Below the pieces are notes generated by a model. It was not told the origin of the DNA, ran no database searches, and saw only the letters and a program-made list of their open reading frames with translations. This document shows, in pieces, positions 1 through 8,763 of a DNA stretch of 64,000 nucleotides. How positions within the stretch are numbered: position 1 is the first letter of the stretch; the number at the start of each line of letters is the position of its first letter. Position numbers and translations under genes: made by a program. The stretch is taken from the NCBI GenBank assembly GCA_964546995.1, contig CAZJKO010000002.1:3498-67497 (forward strand), written 5' to 3'. This DNA comes from an uncultured Muribaculaceae bacterium (GTDB lineage Bacteria; Bacillota_I; Bacilli_A; RF39; UBA660).

Positions 1-141
1 ATAAGGGTATCTAAAGTAGGAGTTCTTGTACCTTTTTCATAACAACAAATACTAACTTTTGTCACATTAATCATATCACCAAGTTCTTGTTGAGTAAGAC
101 CTCTTTCTTTTCGCAATGCTTTTAATCTTTTACCTAAAATC
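1..141 (-). CDS. XRE-family helix-turn-helix transcriptional regulator (N-terminal part; gene continues beyond window start)
   Basis: Reverse translation from ATG at 141 gives MILGKRLKALRKERGLTQQELGDMINVTKVSICCYEKGTRTPTLDTL, a typical XRE HTH. RBS GAGGTGGAAACA-ATG. Truncated by the window edge. Confidence 0.6.
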
Positions 142-269
142 ATTGTTTCCACCTCGTTTTACTTCATTATAAAGAAATAAAACTTTAAAGTCTTAGAAAT
201 TAACTAATAATAAACAAGTAAAAAAAGGGAAAAAATAGAACAAAAGACGAAAAATAGAGAAAGGCTATC

Positions 270-1169
270 TTAATGTAAGATGTTGTTTAAACAGTATTCA
301 TCAGGATGATCGTTAACACAATTTCGGTAACGCTCTTCTATTCCATCGAAGTTAATTTGGGAAGTATCACCACCATTTGTTAAAAGAACATCTAACAATA
401 AGTTATCTTTAAAACCAAACGGATAAGATTCAACATCCCGAAAAACATAGTATTTTCCTTCCACTTCGATGATTTCAACAGAAAAAGCAACGGTAAAATC
501 GAATACTTGCTTAGAATCTACCATTTTACAAGTATTAAAAGAACAATAATTCATATAAACTTCATAAGTACGAAAAGGATACTTTCCTAAATACATCTTT
601 TGCTCTTTATTTTTATTGATGTGATAATCTCCTTCAGCGGGCATAGGAAATAGTCCACTATGATATTTAAAAAGTTTATGTTCTAAATAGGAAGACCCTT
701 TCATTTCTCCTGAAGCACCAATTTCCATAAAAAGATCTGGATATGTATTTTCTAAAAAGTAACGACTAGCTTCTTGTTCATTTCCCTTTTGTAAAGCATC
801 GACATAAGAAAGAGCAACGTCAAAAAAAGATTCGTTTTCATTATGGTTGTCACCTGTATCATGAGCAAGGATGCTAGGTCTTTCCGTAACAGGATGAATA
901 TAGGATGTATCATTGGAAATAGCATGAGTAATAAAAGATGCTCCTGTTAAAATAACAGAACAAGTCAATAAAAATCCATATAAATGACTTTTTATATAGT
1001 GTTTTAAAAACGTAAAAGCGGTATCTTCTATTTCACCGTACCCTTGCTTTAACAAATATTCTTTAACAGGTTGATTTTTAGGATCCAACGACCGTAAACA
1101 CTTTTTACAACGTTTATCTAAGGTAGAATGAACAGTCCCACAATAGACGCAATATTTCTTATTTTTCAT
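270..1169 (-). CDS. membrane protein with N-terminal cytoplasmic zinc-ribbon (CxxC..CxxC), one TM helix and an extracytoplasmic domain of unknown function
   Basis: ORF track 270..1193. Start placed at MKNKKYCVYCG... (ATG at 1169), preceded by strong RBS AAGGAGG. CVYCG...CKKC zinc ribbon, then a hydrophobic helix LYGFLLTCSVILTGASFI. Confidence 0.5.
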   Translation of the reverse strand: MKNKKYCVYCGTVHSTLDKRCKKCLRSLDPKNQPVKEYLLKQGYGEIEDTAFTFLKHYIKSHLYGFLLTCSVILTGASFITHAISNDTSYIHPVTERPSILAHDTGDNHNENESFFDVALSYVDALQKGNEQEASRYFLENTYPDLFMEIGASGEMKGSSYLEHKLFKYHSGLFPMPAEGDYHINKNKEQKMYLGKYPFRTYEVYMNYCSFNTCKMVDSKQVFDFTVAFSVEIIEVEGKYYVFRDVESYPFGFKDNLLLDVLLTNGGDTSQINFDGIEERYRNCVNDHPDEYCLNNILH

Positions 1170-1749
1170 TTGGAGCAACCTCCTTAAAAACATAGAGTTT
1201 CATCTGATCGATGTTGTTATGATCGTACGATGCTTCAAGCAAATAGTAATCGCCCTTTCCCTGACTAGAAAGCACAATACTTTGCTTTTCATCCCAAGAA
1301 AACGTATCTAACACTTGATTGTTTTCATCCATATATTGAACAGATACATGTTTAGCACGATTAGGAACGTACAAATGGAGTTCAATTTGATCTTGCTCCG
1401 TATAAAGATAATATTCCGATAACTCTGTATGATAATCAATTTGATAAAAAGGACTCTCTTCTAATTTTAAATGGACTCCTTTCGTCATAAAAAAATAAAG
1501 ACCAACCAATAAAATAAAAACAATACTACCTACTTTGTAAATCTTACTTCCTGTAATAAAACCAAATTTAGGAATTCCCTTAATGGTATCGATTCCCTCT
1601 AAAAACCAAACAAGTGTCCATCTCTTTGCTGCCTTCTGTTCTCCTTTTGAAAAATGATACCCACAATTTTTACAATAGTTTGCACTAATGATATTATCCG
1701 TCGTACACTTGATGCACTTTAAACTCTTTTTAAAATGAAAAAATCTCAT
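1159..1749 (-). CDS. membrane protein with N-terminal zinc-ribbon and TM helix (paralogous in architecture to the downstream gene)
   Basis: ORF track 1159..1758 begins at a GTG. ATG at 1749 (MRFFHFKK...) has RBS AAGGTGA 5 nt upstream. CIKC...CKNC zinc ribbon, TM segment VGSIVFILLVGLYFFM. Overlaps the next gene by 11 nt, suggesting an operon. Confidence 0.5.
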   Translation of the reverse strand: MRFFHFKKSLKCIKCTTDNIISANYCKNCGYHFSKGEQKAAKRWTLVWFLEGIDTIKGIPKFGFITGSKIYKVGSIVFILLVGLYFFMTKGVHLKLEESPFYQIDYHTELSEYYLYTEQDQIELHLYVPNRAKHVSVQYMDENNQVLDTFSWDEKQSIVLSSQGKGDYYLLEASYDHNNIDQMKLYVFKEVAPNEK

Positions 1750-1816
1750 ACTTCTCACCTTCTTATCTCATTATATACGTTTCATCTTTATTTATCAACA
1801 AAGAAAAAGAAGAGAA

Positions 1817-2173
1817 TTATGATTCTTCCTCTTCTTCCTGAATAGGACTATCTTTCCCTTTAGACGTCAAAAATGTGACTTTTTCTCCTACAACTTCTAA
1901 AATAGTAATCTTTTTATCACCAATCGTTGTATCACGAGATTGAATCCTTCCCTTAATCCCTAAGATATCCCCTTTATGACAATAAGTAGCAGTCGATTCC
2001 GCCGTTTTATCCCATAAAATACACTCAATAAAATCCGTATCGTACTCCCCATTCATATTTTTAAAACTTCTTGGAACAGCTAACGTAATATAACTCATTT
2101 TCTTTCCCTGTTCCGTCGTTTTAAGAGCAACTTCTCTTACCAAACGACCAACTAAAACAACTTGATTTAACAT
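1817..2173 (-). CDS. ssb: single-stranded DNA-binding protein (standalone ssb, not in the rpsF-ssb-rpsR context)
   Basis: MLNQVVLVGRLVREVALKTTEQGKKMSYITLAVPRSFKN...ILWDKTAE...GRIQSR OB-fold SSB signature. Acidic C-terminal tail EEEEES. RBS AAAGGAGAA upstream of the ATG at 2173. The ORF-track N-terminal extension (MQTIFFFYMMVSKGENF) is probably not translated. Confidence 0.85.
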   Translation of the reverse strand: MLNQVVLVGRLVREVALKTTEQGKKMSYITLAVPRSFKNMNGEYDTDFIECILWDKTAESTATYCHKGDILGIKGRIQSRDTTIGDKKITILEVVGEKVTFLTSKGKDSPIQEEEEES

Positions 2174-2328
2174 AAAATTTTCTCCTTTCGAAACCATCAT
2201 ATAAAAAAAGAAAATGGTTTGCAAAAGACCAAAAGAAAAGAAAAGAGAAAAAAAGAAAGAAAAAAAAGACTTTTTCCATATACAATATAGAAAAAGTGTT
2301 CATTAAACGAACCCAATTTACCAAAACA

Positions 2329-3639
2329 TCATAAATTGCGTTTTAATAACTGATTTAATTCTACAGCATATTCCATGGGAAGTTCACGTCTAAAATCATC
2401 TAAAAAACCTAAAATGATAAGTTCCATCGCTTCCTCTTTAGAAACACCTCGACTCATCAGATAAAAAAGATTATCTTCGCTAATTTTAGAAACAAAAGCT
2501 TCATGTTCCAACCGACTAGAATCGTTTCGTACGATATTGACAGGAAACGTATCACTCTTACTCATAGAATCCAAAATAAGCGTATCACATTTAACCATTG
2601 CTTCACTAAAAAGAGCTTCTTCCTTGATGTCAACTTTTCCACGATAAGTGGCATTTCCTCCCGATTTTGCAATGCTTTTAGAAACGATATGACTCTTAGT
2701 ATGACGACCTAAATGAATCATTCTAGCACCACTATCAATTTCTTGATGATGACTAGCAACACTAATCGTAATACAAGTTCCCTTTGAATGATCCCCTTTT
2801 AAAACACAACAAGGGTACTTCATTGTCTTATAACTACCGACATTACCATCGATCCATTCCATCGTCCCATTTTCCATCACAAGTGCCCGTTTCGTAACGA
2901 GATTATACACATTATGAGCCCAGTTTTGAATGGTCGAATAACGACACTTACTGTTTTTTCCAACAAAGATTTCGACGACGGCTGCATGTAGACTCGACTC
3001 ACTATAACTAGGTGCCGTACATCCTTCCACATAGTGAAGTTCACTATCGTGATCGACGACAATTAACGTCCGTTCAAATTGTCCCATTTTCTCACTACCA
3101 ATGCGAAAATAGTTTTGTAATGGTCGATCCAGTTTCGTATAAGGAGGAATATAAATAAAACTTCCTCCACTAAACACAGCGCCATTTAGTGCTGCAAACT
3201 TATTCTCACTACTTTTGACAATCGTTCCAAAATATGTCTTTACAAGATCGGGATACTTTTTCATAGCCTCTTCAATCGAAGTAAAGATAACATGTTTTTC
3301 TTCTAATTCCTGAATCATATTATGGTAGATAACTTCACTTTCGTACTGTACCCCCATCCCATCCAAATGCTTTTCACTTTCTAAAACACCTAAATGAGAA
3401 AGTTCCGAAACAACCGAATCATCGATTTTATCCCAATCGTGAACAACCTTTCTACTAGAACCTTTATAATAAATGATTTGATCGAAATCAAGTTGAATGG
3501 TAGGACCAAAAGATGGAAGAGGCATCTTAGAAAACGTTTCAAAACTAGCAAGACGAAATTTTTGTACCCATTCTTCTTCCTTTTTATAAAGGGATAATTC
3601 TTTTACTTTATCTTTATCGATACCGACAATTTCCATCAT
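2329..3639 (-). CDS. sufB: Fe-S cluster assembly protein SufB
   Basis: 436 aa, strong SufB/SufD family similarity throughout (e.g. ...GSFIYIPPYTKLDRPLQ...HLGRHTKSHIVSKSIA...). Last gene of a sufC-D-S-U-B operon. Confidence 0.9.
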   Translation of the reverse strand: MMEIVGIDKDKVKELSLYKKEEEWVQKFRLASFETFSKMPLPSFGPTIQLDFDQIIYYKGSSRKVVHDWDKIDDSVVSELSHLGVLESEKHLDGMGVQYESEVIYHNMIQELEEKHVIFTSIEEAMKKYPDLVKTYFGTIVKSSENKFAALNGAVFSGGSFIYIPPYTKLDRPLQNYFRIGSEKMGQFERTLIVVDHDSELHYVEGCTAPSYSESSLHAAVVEIFVGKNSKCRYSTIQNWAHNVYNLVTKRALVMENGTMEWIDGNVGSYKTMKYPCCVLKGDHSKGTCITISVASHHQEIDSGARMIHLGRHTKSHIVSKSIAKSGGNATYRGKVDIKEEALFSEAMVKCDTLILDSMSKSDTFPVNIVRNDSSRLEHEAFVSKISEDNLFYLMSRGVSKEEAMELIILGFLDDFRRELPMEYAVELNQLLKRNL

Positions 3640-3656
3640 TTATCCACCATTCTTTC

Positions 3657-4097
3657 TTACAAATTACTTTGATCTTTTTCGTAACGAGCGATAATCTTCT
3701 TTAACGATTTAAAAGGAAGAAGGGCACACTTTTTACGATTTGGCTGTAAATAGACTTCATCGTATACGACCAGTTCTTTCAATAAATCCTTTTGATATTC
3801 TCTTTCGTCGATCATATTTTCGTACTCAGAAATAATTCTCTTAGCATCAGCAATCGTCTTTCCCAAAAGAAGAGAAATCATAATCGATGTCGCTGATGTC
3901 GACATAGCACACGCTTCTCCATCAAAGCGAATATCCGAAATCTTTCCTTCTGAAAATTTCACCATCACATCTAAATTATCGATACAAGATTCATTATTCG
4001 TATTTTCTAAATAGTAAGTATCATCTTGAATTAAACCACGATGAACGGGATGTTGATAATGTTCTAAAATAATTTCTCTACGTAAATTGGGATCCAT
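3657..4097 (-). CDS. sufU: Fe-S cluster scaffold protein SufU (IscU/NifU-like)
   Basis: 146 aa with IscU-like cysteine motifs (NESCIDNL, GEACAMSTS, KCALLP). Position between sufS and sufB as in Bacillus. Confidence 0.85.
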   Translation of the reverse strand: MDPNLRREIILEHYQHPVHRGLIQDDTYYLENTNNESCIDNLDVMVKFSEGKISDIRFDGEACAMSTSATSIMISLLLGKTIADAKRIISEYENMIDEREYQKDLLKELVVYDEVYLQPNRKKCALLPFKSLKKIIARYEKDQSNL

Positions 4098-4107
4098 AAA
4101 AAACCTC

Positions 4108-5307
4108 CTAAATGATTACTTTAAAAATAGCTTCACTGTTTTTTAGTACGCGAATAAGTTCATCAACTTCTTCTTTCGTGTTGTATGGTCCGAAACTAAC
4201 CCGACAAGTATTTTTTATTTTAAACTCATCTTTTAAAATCTTAGCACAATGGTTGCCTGCTCGAACACAAATGTGATAATGATTCAAGTAAACAGCAGTA
4301 TCCTGACTAAAAACATCCTTAATATTAAAGGCGACAATGCCACCTACTGTATTTCGATTGTAGACCAAAATATGAGGAAGTTGATCCAATTCTTTCATCA
4401 AATACTGTTGTAAAGAAACTTCATGATCGTGAATTTTCTCAACACCAATCGATTGAACATATAAAATTGCTTCTCCTAACCCAATCACTTCGGCAATCGG
4501 TGGTGTCCCCGCTTCAAAGCAAGTAGGAACTTCTTTAAAATCATACGATCCATCGGCTTCAAAGTAGGCATTCATTCCCCCACCAAAACTAATAGGATGC
4601 ATTTCTTTAAGTAAATCCATTCTAGCATAGAGAACACCTACACCAGTAGGGCCTAACATTTTATGAGAAGAAAAGGCGAAAAAATCGATGTGATTTTTTA
4701 CAACATCTGTCGGGATGTGAAGAACACTCTGTGCACCATCGACTACAAAGTAAATTCCTTTTTCATGACAAAGTTCACCAATCTCAAAAACAGGCCGTGT
4801 ATCTCCTACCACATTGGTAACATGAGCAATAGAAATCACTTTTGTCTTTGGCGTAATACTTTTTAGAACGGCATCCATAGTCAAATGATGATCACTATCG
4901 AGATCCATATAACGAATCACAATACCAATCTCTTTTGCAAGAGCCAACCACGGAAGAACATTTGATGCATGCTCTGCCTTCGTAAGAAGAACTTCATCCC
5001 CTTCTTGAAGATGATACTTCATAAACCCAAAAACAACCATATTCAAAGAATCAGTAGTACCTCTCGTAAACACAACTTCACGTGAAGAAGAAGCATGAAT
5101 AAAGTTTTTAACAATATCCCGTACACCTTCGTACTGAATATCCACTTTTAACGATGTATCGTAATCGCCACGATGACAATTTGCCGTATAATTAGAATAA
5201 TAATCGACCATTTTATCGATAACACATTTTGGTTTAAATGTCGTTGCGCCATTGTCAAAATAAAGAATACGATCCCCCTCTAACATAGGAAAATCTGATC
5301 GATTCAT
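4108..5307 (-). CDS. sufS: cysteine desulfurase SufS (class V aminotransferase)
   Basis: 399 aa. PLP-lysine motif SSHKMLGPTGVGVLY. Catalytic Cys region RAGNHCA near the C-terminus. Confidence 0.9.
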   Translation of the reverse strand: MNRSDFPMLEGDRILYFDNGATTFKPKCVIDKMVDYYSNYTANCHRGDYDTSLKVDIQYEGVRDIVKNFIHASSSREVVFTRGTTDSLNMVVFGFMKYHLQEGDEVLLTKAEHASNVLPWLALAKEIGIVIRYMDLDSDHHLTMDAVLKSITPKTKVISIAHVTNVVGDTRPVFEIGELCHEKGIYFVVDGAQSVLHIPTDVVKNHIDFFAFSSHKMLGPTGVGVLYARMDLLKEMHPISFGGGMNAYFEADGSYDFKEVPTCFEAGTPPIAEVIGLGEAILYVQSIGVEKIHDHEVSLQQYLMKELDQLPHILVYNRNTVGGIVAFNIKDVFSQDTAVYLNHYHICVRAGNHCAKILKDEFKIKNTCRVSFGPYNTKEEVDELIRVLKNSEAIFKVII

Positions 5308-5318
5308 ATACTCACCTC

Positions 5319-6017
5319 CTAAAATTGATAATACTTACGAATCAAATCAATATCACCTTGACCACAAGGTAGATTGGCAAGAAGAAATCCTTTCAAAAGC
5401 AACCGATAACTTTCGTCAAGTGAAATACCACGAGATGTCAAATAAAACAACTCATCTTGTGTAAACTTACCAATATGAGCCGAATGGTTAGCAACAACTT
5501 GAAATGAATCAACTTGCAAGTTTGGAAGAATAGTAGAAACACCATTTTTCATTTCGATAATCCGATTATTCTGCTCTGAAACACAATCTATTGTACATTT
5601 ATTTATAAAACTATTAATGTAAAATTTCATCGATTTATTTTGTAAATTGACACCGTGGTTTTGTAAAGAGCTAACTGTGCGATCAGCAAGATGATGAACC
5701 GATATCTCATGGGAAATAGCATCCTTCGAAAGCGAAACATAATAATACTGAAGCGAAGCTTCTTCCCCCTCTAAAAACACTTCCGTTTTATCACTACTAT
5801 CACACCCTACATAGATAAATATCAAAGAACTCATCTTTCCTAAATGACAAGTAATGTTCTGCAAAGAACCAGACGAAGCAAACAAAATAATCTTTTTCTC
5901 TTCTCCTTCCTGAAGGAAAAATTCAAACGTATCGTCCTTTGAAGAAGTAAGAGACAAAAAAGAATCTAACGCCTGTTTCTCTTTTACATTTTCTTGTCCT
6001 AATTCTATCTTATGCAT
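5319..6017 (-). CDS. sufD: Fe-S assembly protein SufD (short form, 232 aa)
   Basis: C-terminal SufBD motif ...FYLTSRGISLDESYRLLLKGFL. Placed between sufC and sufS. Much shorter than typical SufD (about 420 aa). Confidence 0.7.
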   Translation of the reverse strand: MHKIELGQENVKEKQALDSFLSLTSSKDDTFEFFLQEGEEKKIILFASSGSLQNITCHLGKMSSLIFIYVGCDSSDKTEVFLEGEEASLQYYYVSLSKDAISHEISVHHLADRTVSSLQNHGVNLQNKSMKFYINSFINKCTIDCVSEQNNRIIEMKNGVSTILPNLQVDSFQVVANHSAHIGKFTQDELFYLTSRGISLDESYRLLLKGFLLANLPCGQGDIDLIRKYYQF

Positions 6018-6780
6018 TTTGATTCAACTCGCTTATAGTATTCATCCCTACTTGATAACCCTCTTTCTCAAGTGTATGAGCAAGAGAAAGATCACCCGTT
6101 TTAACAATCTTACCATCCATCATCACATGGACCTGATCTGGAACCAAGTATTCTAAAATACGTGGATAATGAGTAATAATAAGTAACGAAGTATTAGGAT
6201 ACTCCTTTAAATACTGATTAATATTATCGCAAACGACTTTTAAACTATCGATATCGAGTCCTGAATCTACTTCATCCAAAATAATAAACTGTGGTTTCAA
6301 AAGCTTCATTTGCAAAATCTCATTTTTCTTTTTTTCACCGCCAGAAAAGCCTTGATTTAAAGAACGATAAAGCATATCGTGAGGCATATGTAGATCATCG
6401 AGCGCTTTTGATGCTCCATTCACAAATTGGAAAACAGTTTGATGCTCTCCTCTAGAAGAAAGAGCTGTTCGCAAAAACTCACTCACTTTAACACCGTCGA
6501 TACTAATAGGATTTTGCATCGATAAAAAAATACCAAGTCGTGCCCGCTCATCCGTAGAAAGAGATAGAATACTTTTCCCATCAACCAAAATATCCCCATG
6601 TTGAACAACGTAAGAAGGGCTACCTAAAATCACCTTAGAAAGTGTACTCTTACCTGTACCATTTGGTCCCATAATGGCATGCACTTGTGAGGGACCTATC
6701 GTAAGCGAAAAATCATTCAAAACTAGCTTTTCTGAAACTTGAACCGTCACATTTTTAATTTCTATTGTCATCGAATTCAC
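6010..6780 (-). CDS. sufC: Fe-S cluster assembly ATPase SufC (ABC-type)
   Basis: Walker A GPNGTGKST, ABC signature LSGGEKKK, Walker B ILDEVDSGLD, H-loop ITHY. Confidence 0.9.
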   Translation of the reverse strand: MNSMTIEIKNVTVQVSEKLVLNDFSLTIGPSQVHAIMGPNGTGKSTLSKVILGSPSYVVQHGDILVDGKSILSLSTDERARLGIFLSMQNPISIDGVKVSEFLRTALSSRGEHQTVFQFVNGASKALDDLHMPHDMLYRSLNQGFSGGEKKKNEILQMKLLKPQFIILDEVDSGLDIDSLKVVCDNINQYLKEYPNTSLLIITHYPRILEYLVPDQVHVMMDGKIVKTGDLSLAHTLEKEGYQVGMNTISELNQNA

Positions 6781-7011
6781 CCTCCAAATACCTCTATATT
6801 TAAAAATCTAATAACATTATAACAGAATTCTCAAAAAAAATTTGTCACTTTCAAAGAAATGTAATTATTTTAACATAAAATGTATAAAAAAGAAAGAATT
6901 CTTCCAAGATGATAGTGAATATTCGCTGTATTCACCAAAATGGACAAAACTTGTTCATTTTTTCTTTTTCGAGAAAACATCTTATGATAAAATAAAGAAA
7001 GAGGTGGTAAC

Positions 7012-7365
7012 ATGACCAAACGAAAACCAACAACACTTCTCTTTGGAATGGCAAGTCTTTTTCTATTTACGTTCGTCTTTTTTGGTTACCTGATTATCTC
7101 TAGCAACGGAAACCCTATTAAAGAAAGTATCGTAAAAAGAAAAATAGAAACGTATCAAAACGAAAATTTTCCCCTAATTGAAGAGGAGTTTAAAAAAGAA
7201 AACATGACCTATGACAAAAAAAATAGGTCTTATCAAGTCACCTATACCATGAAAGAAAACAGTAACCTTTCCTTTCAAATCATCTATGATAAAGACGAAA
7301 ACATCAAAGATACCTATCAAACAAATATCGAAGAAAGAAAAGAATTACTAGAAAAAAAGAAATAA
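7012..7365 (+). CDS. small membrane-anchored/secreted hypothetical protein
   Basis: 117 aa. N-terminal hydrophobic segment LLFGMASLFLFTFVFFGYLII followed by a K/E-rich domain. RBS GAGGTGG upstream. No family recognised with confidence. Confidence 0.45.
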   Translation: MTKRKPTTLLFGMASLFLFTFVFFGYLIISSNGNPIKESIVKRKIETYQNENFPLIEEEFKKENMTYDKKNRSYQVTYTMKENSNLSFQIIYDKDENIKDTYQTNIEERKELLEKKK

Positions 7366-7386
7366 GACAAAGAAAGGATGAGAAAC

Positions 7387-7782
7387 ATGGACTGTATTTT
7401 CTGTAAAATTATCAAAGGAGAAATTCCTTCCTATAAAATATACGAAGATGAATTCGTATTCGCATTTTTAGATATTAATCCAAGTACCAATGGTGATTTA
7501 TTATTAATCCCCAAAGAACATAGAGAAACGATTTTAGACCTCGATACCAACGTATGGTGCCACATGCAAAAAATCATAAACCAACTCTACCCTATCTTAA
7601 AAGAGAGATTATCGTGTGATGGCTTAACCCTCGTTCAAAATAATGAGTATGGGCAAGAGGTAAAACACTTTCATTTACACTTAACCCCACGTTACAAAGA
7701 AGACAATTTAACACACACCTTCAAGAAAGAAAATCTAGCTCCTCTTGAAGAAATCTATGACCAATTAACCAATCCGAGATAA
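7387..7782 (+). CDS. HIT-family (histidine triad) nucleotide hydrolase
   Basis: MDCIFCKII...GEIPSYKIYEDEFVFAFLDINP... and the histidine triad HFHLHLTPR. RBS AAAGGATGAG upstream of the ATG at 7387. Confidence 0.85.
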   Translation: MDCIFCKIIKGEIPSYKIYEDEFVFAFLDINPSTNGDLLLIPKEHRETILDLDTNVWCHMQKIINQLYPILKERLSCDGLTLVQNNEYGQEVKHFHLHLTPRYKEDNLTHTFKKENLAPLEEIYDQLTNPR

Positions 7783-7795
7783 AATATCTCAGATT

Positions 7796-8329
7796 TTATT
7801 TTATCTTAAAAATCAAAGTAAAAAGAACATCGATCGCAAACAAAGTCGTCAAAAGACAAGTCATAACGTAGGGAATCTTATGGATAATATAGTCCATCCA
7901 CGGTTTAATAAGCGAAATAAATAAAATAGACAAACCTCCCCATACAAGAGTCATCTCTAAAGAAATGTATTTTCCAAAAGAAAAACGATGAGAACGATAA
8001 TCCCAAAATACAGTATGAAAAAATCGTTCAATAAGTGTTCCTCCCAACCACTCAAAAAAGGAAAGTATCACCATAACAAGCACCAAAAAAGAACAAAACC
8101 GAAACACAAAGTGGTCCGTTCGATCTTGAATCAAAAGATGATAAAAATAAGTAATAACAACTGCCCCAATCCCATAGACAGGCGTCCAAAATCCATATAG
8201 AATTCCACTTTGAAAAGACCAATCATTTATCATTCCACAAACAGTCTCTAATAGATGTCCCAAAATAGAATAAACAAAAAACACATTAAAATAGTAATAC
8301 ATGTTCTTCACCAGTATTAACATAACCAA
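7796..8329 (-). CDS. polytopic membrane protein of unknown function (about 5 TM helices)
   Basis: 177 aa, highly hydrophobic with several predicted TM segments. No catalytic motif recognised. Confidence 0.5.
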   Translation of the reverse strand: MVMLILVKNMYYYFNVFFVYSILGHLLETVCGMINDWSFQSGILYGFWTPVYGIGAVVITYFYHLLIQDRTDHFVFRFCSFLVLVMVILSFFEWLGGTLIERFFHTVFWDYRSHRFSFGKYISLEMTLVWGGLSILFISLIKPWMDYIIHKIPYVMTCLLTTLFAIDVLFTLIFKIK

Positions 8330-8380
8330 AACAAGAAAAAATATGTAACCCCAAAAGAAAAAGAGGGAAAACCTCTTTCT

Positions 8381-8506
8381 TTAACAAGCAATGGCAGCGC
8401 CTAAAATAATAGCTAATAAAATGTATAAAACAATAATGATGATATATCCGCCATTAGAAGAACAAGTATTGCCACAACCTGTATTCACTGTATTTTGACA
8501 AGACAT
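8381..8506 (-). CDS. YjcZ-like sporulation microprotein (41 aa), below the ORF-track size cutoff
   Basis: Hand-translated: MSCQNTVNTGCGNTCSSNGGYIIIIVLYILLAIILGAAIAC. Strong RBS TAAGGAGGT 8 nt upstream. Gly/Ser-rich N-terminus plus a hydrophobic IIVLYILLAIILGAA tail, typical of Bacillus YjcZ-family sporulation peptides. Confidence 0.55.
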   Translation of the reverse strand: MSCQNTVNTGCGNTCSSNGGYIIIIVLYILLAIILGAAIAC

Positions 8507-8532
8507 TTAAATTACCTCCTTACAATAATAAA

Positions 8533-8613
8533 TTAGATATAAGCACCAACAATGATGACTAATAAAATAAATAATACTAAAACGATAGCTGAAGATGATA
8601 CATAATTACCCAT
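8533..8613 (-). CDS. second YjcZ-like microprotein (26 aa)
   Basis: Hand-translated: MGNYVSSSAIVLVLFILLVIIVGAYI. RBS AAAAAGGAGGTATTC upstream. Tandem with the 41-aa paralog. Confidence 0.45.
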   Translation of the reverse strand: MGNYVSSSAIVLVLFILLVIIVGAYI

Positions 8614-8763
8614 AGTGAATACCTCCTTTTTTTAATATTCACATTATTTTATGGCTCTTCCCCTTTTTGTGTGAATGCTTCCTACTAAATTTTGATAAAT
8701 TATTGTCTTTTACCTTGTTTTTTGTTATGATAATCACATACGGATTAAAGGAGGAAAACACAA

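Noticed and set aside
2121-2324. 67-aa minus-strand ORF (F/L-rich, MVNWVRLMNTFSILYMEKVFFFFLFF...)
   Set aside because: Low-complexity translation of an AT-rich region overlapping the ssb 5' end and RBS. The likely real ssb start is at 2173. Judged spurious.
2503-3597. Several 60-70-aa ORFs on either strand inside sufB (2503..2712 +, 2877..3062 -, 3394..3597 +)
   Set aside because: Lie entirely inside the well-supported sufB CDS in other frames. Typical shadow ORFs.
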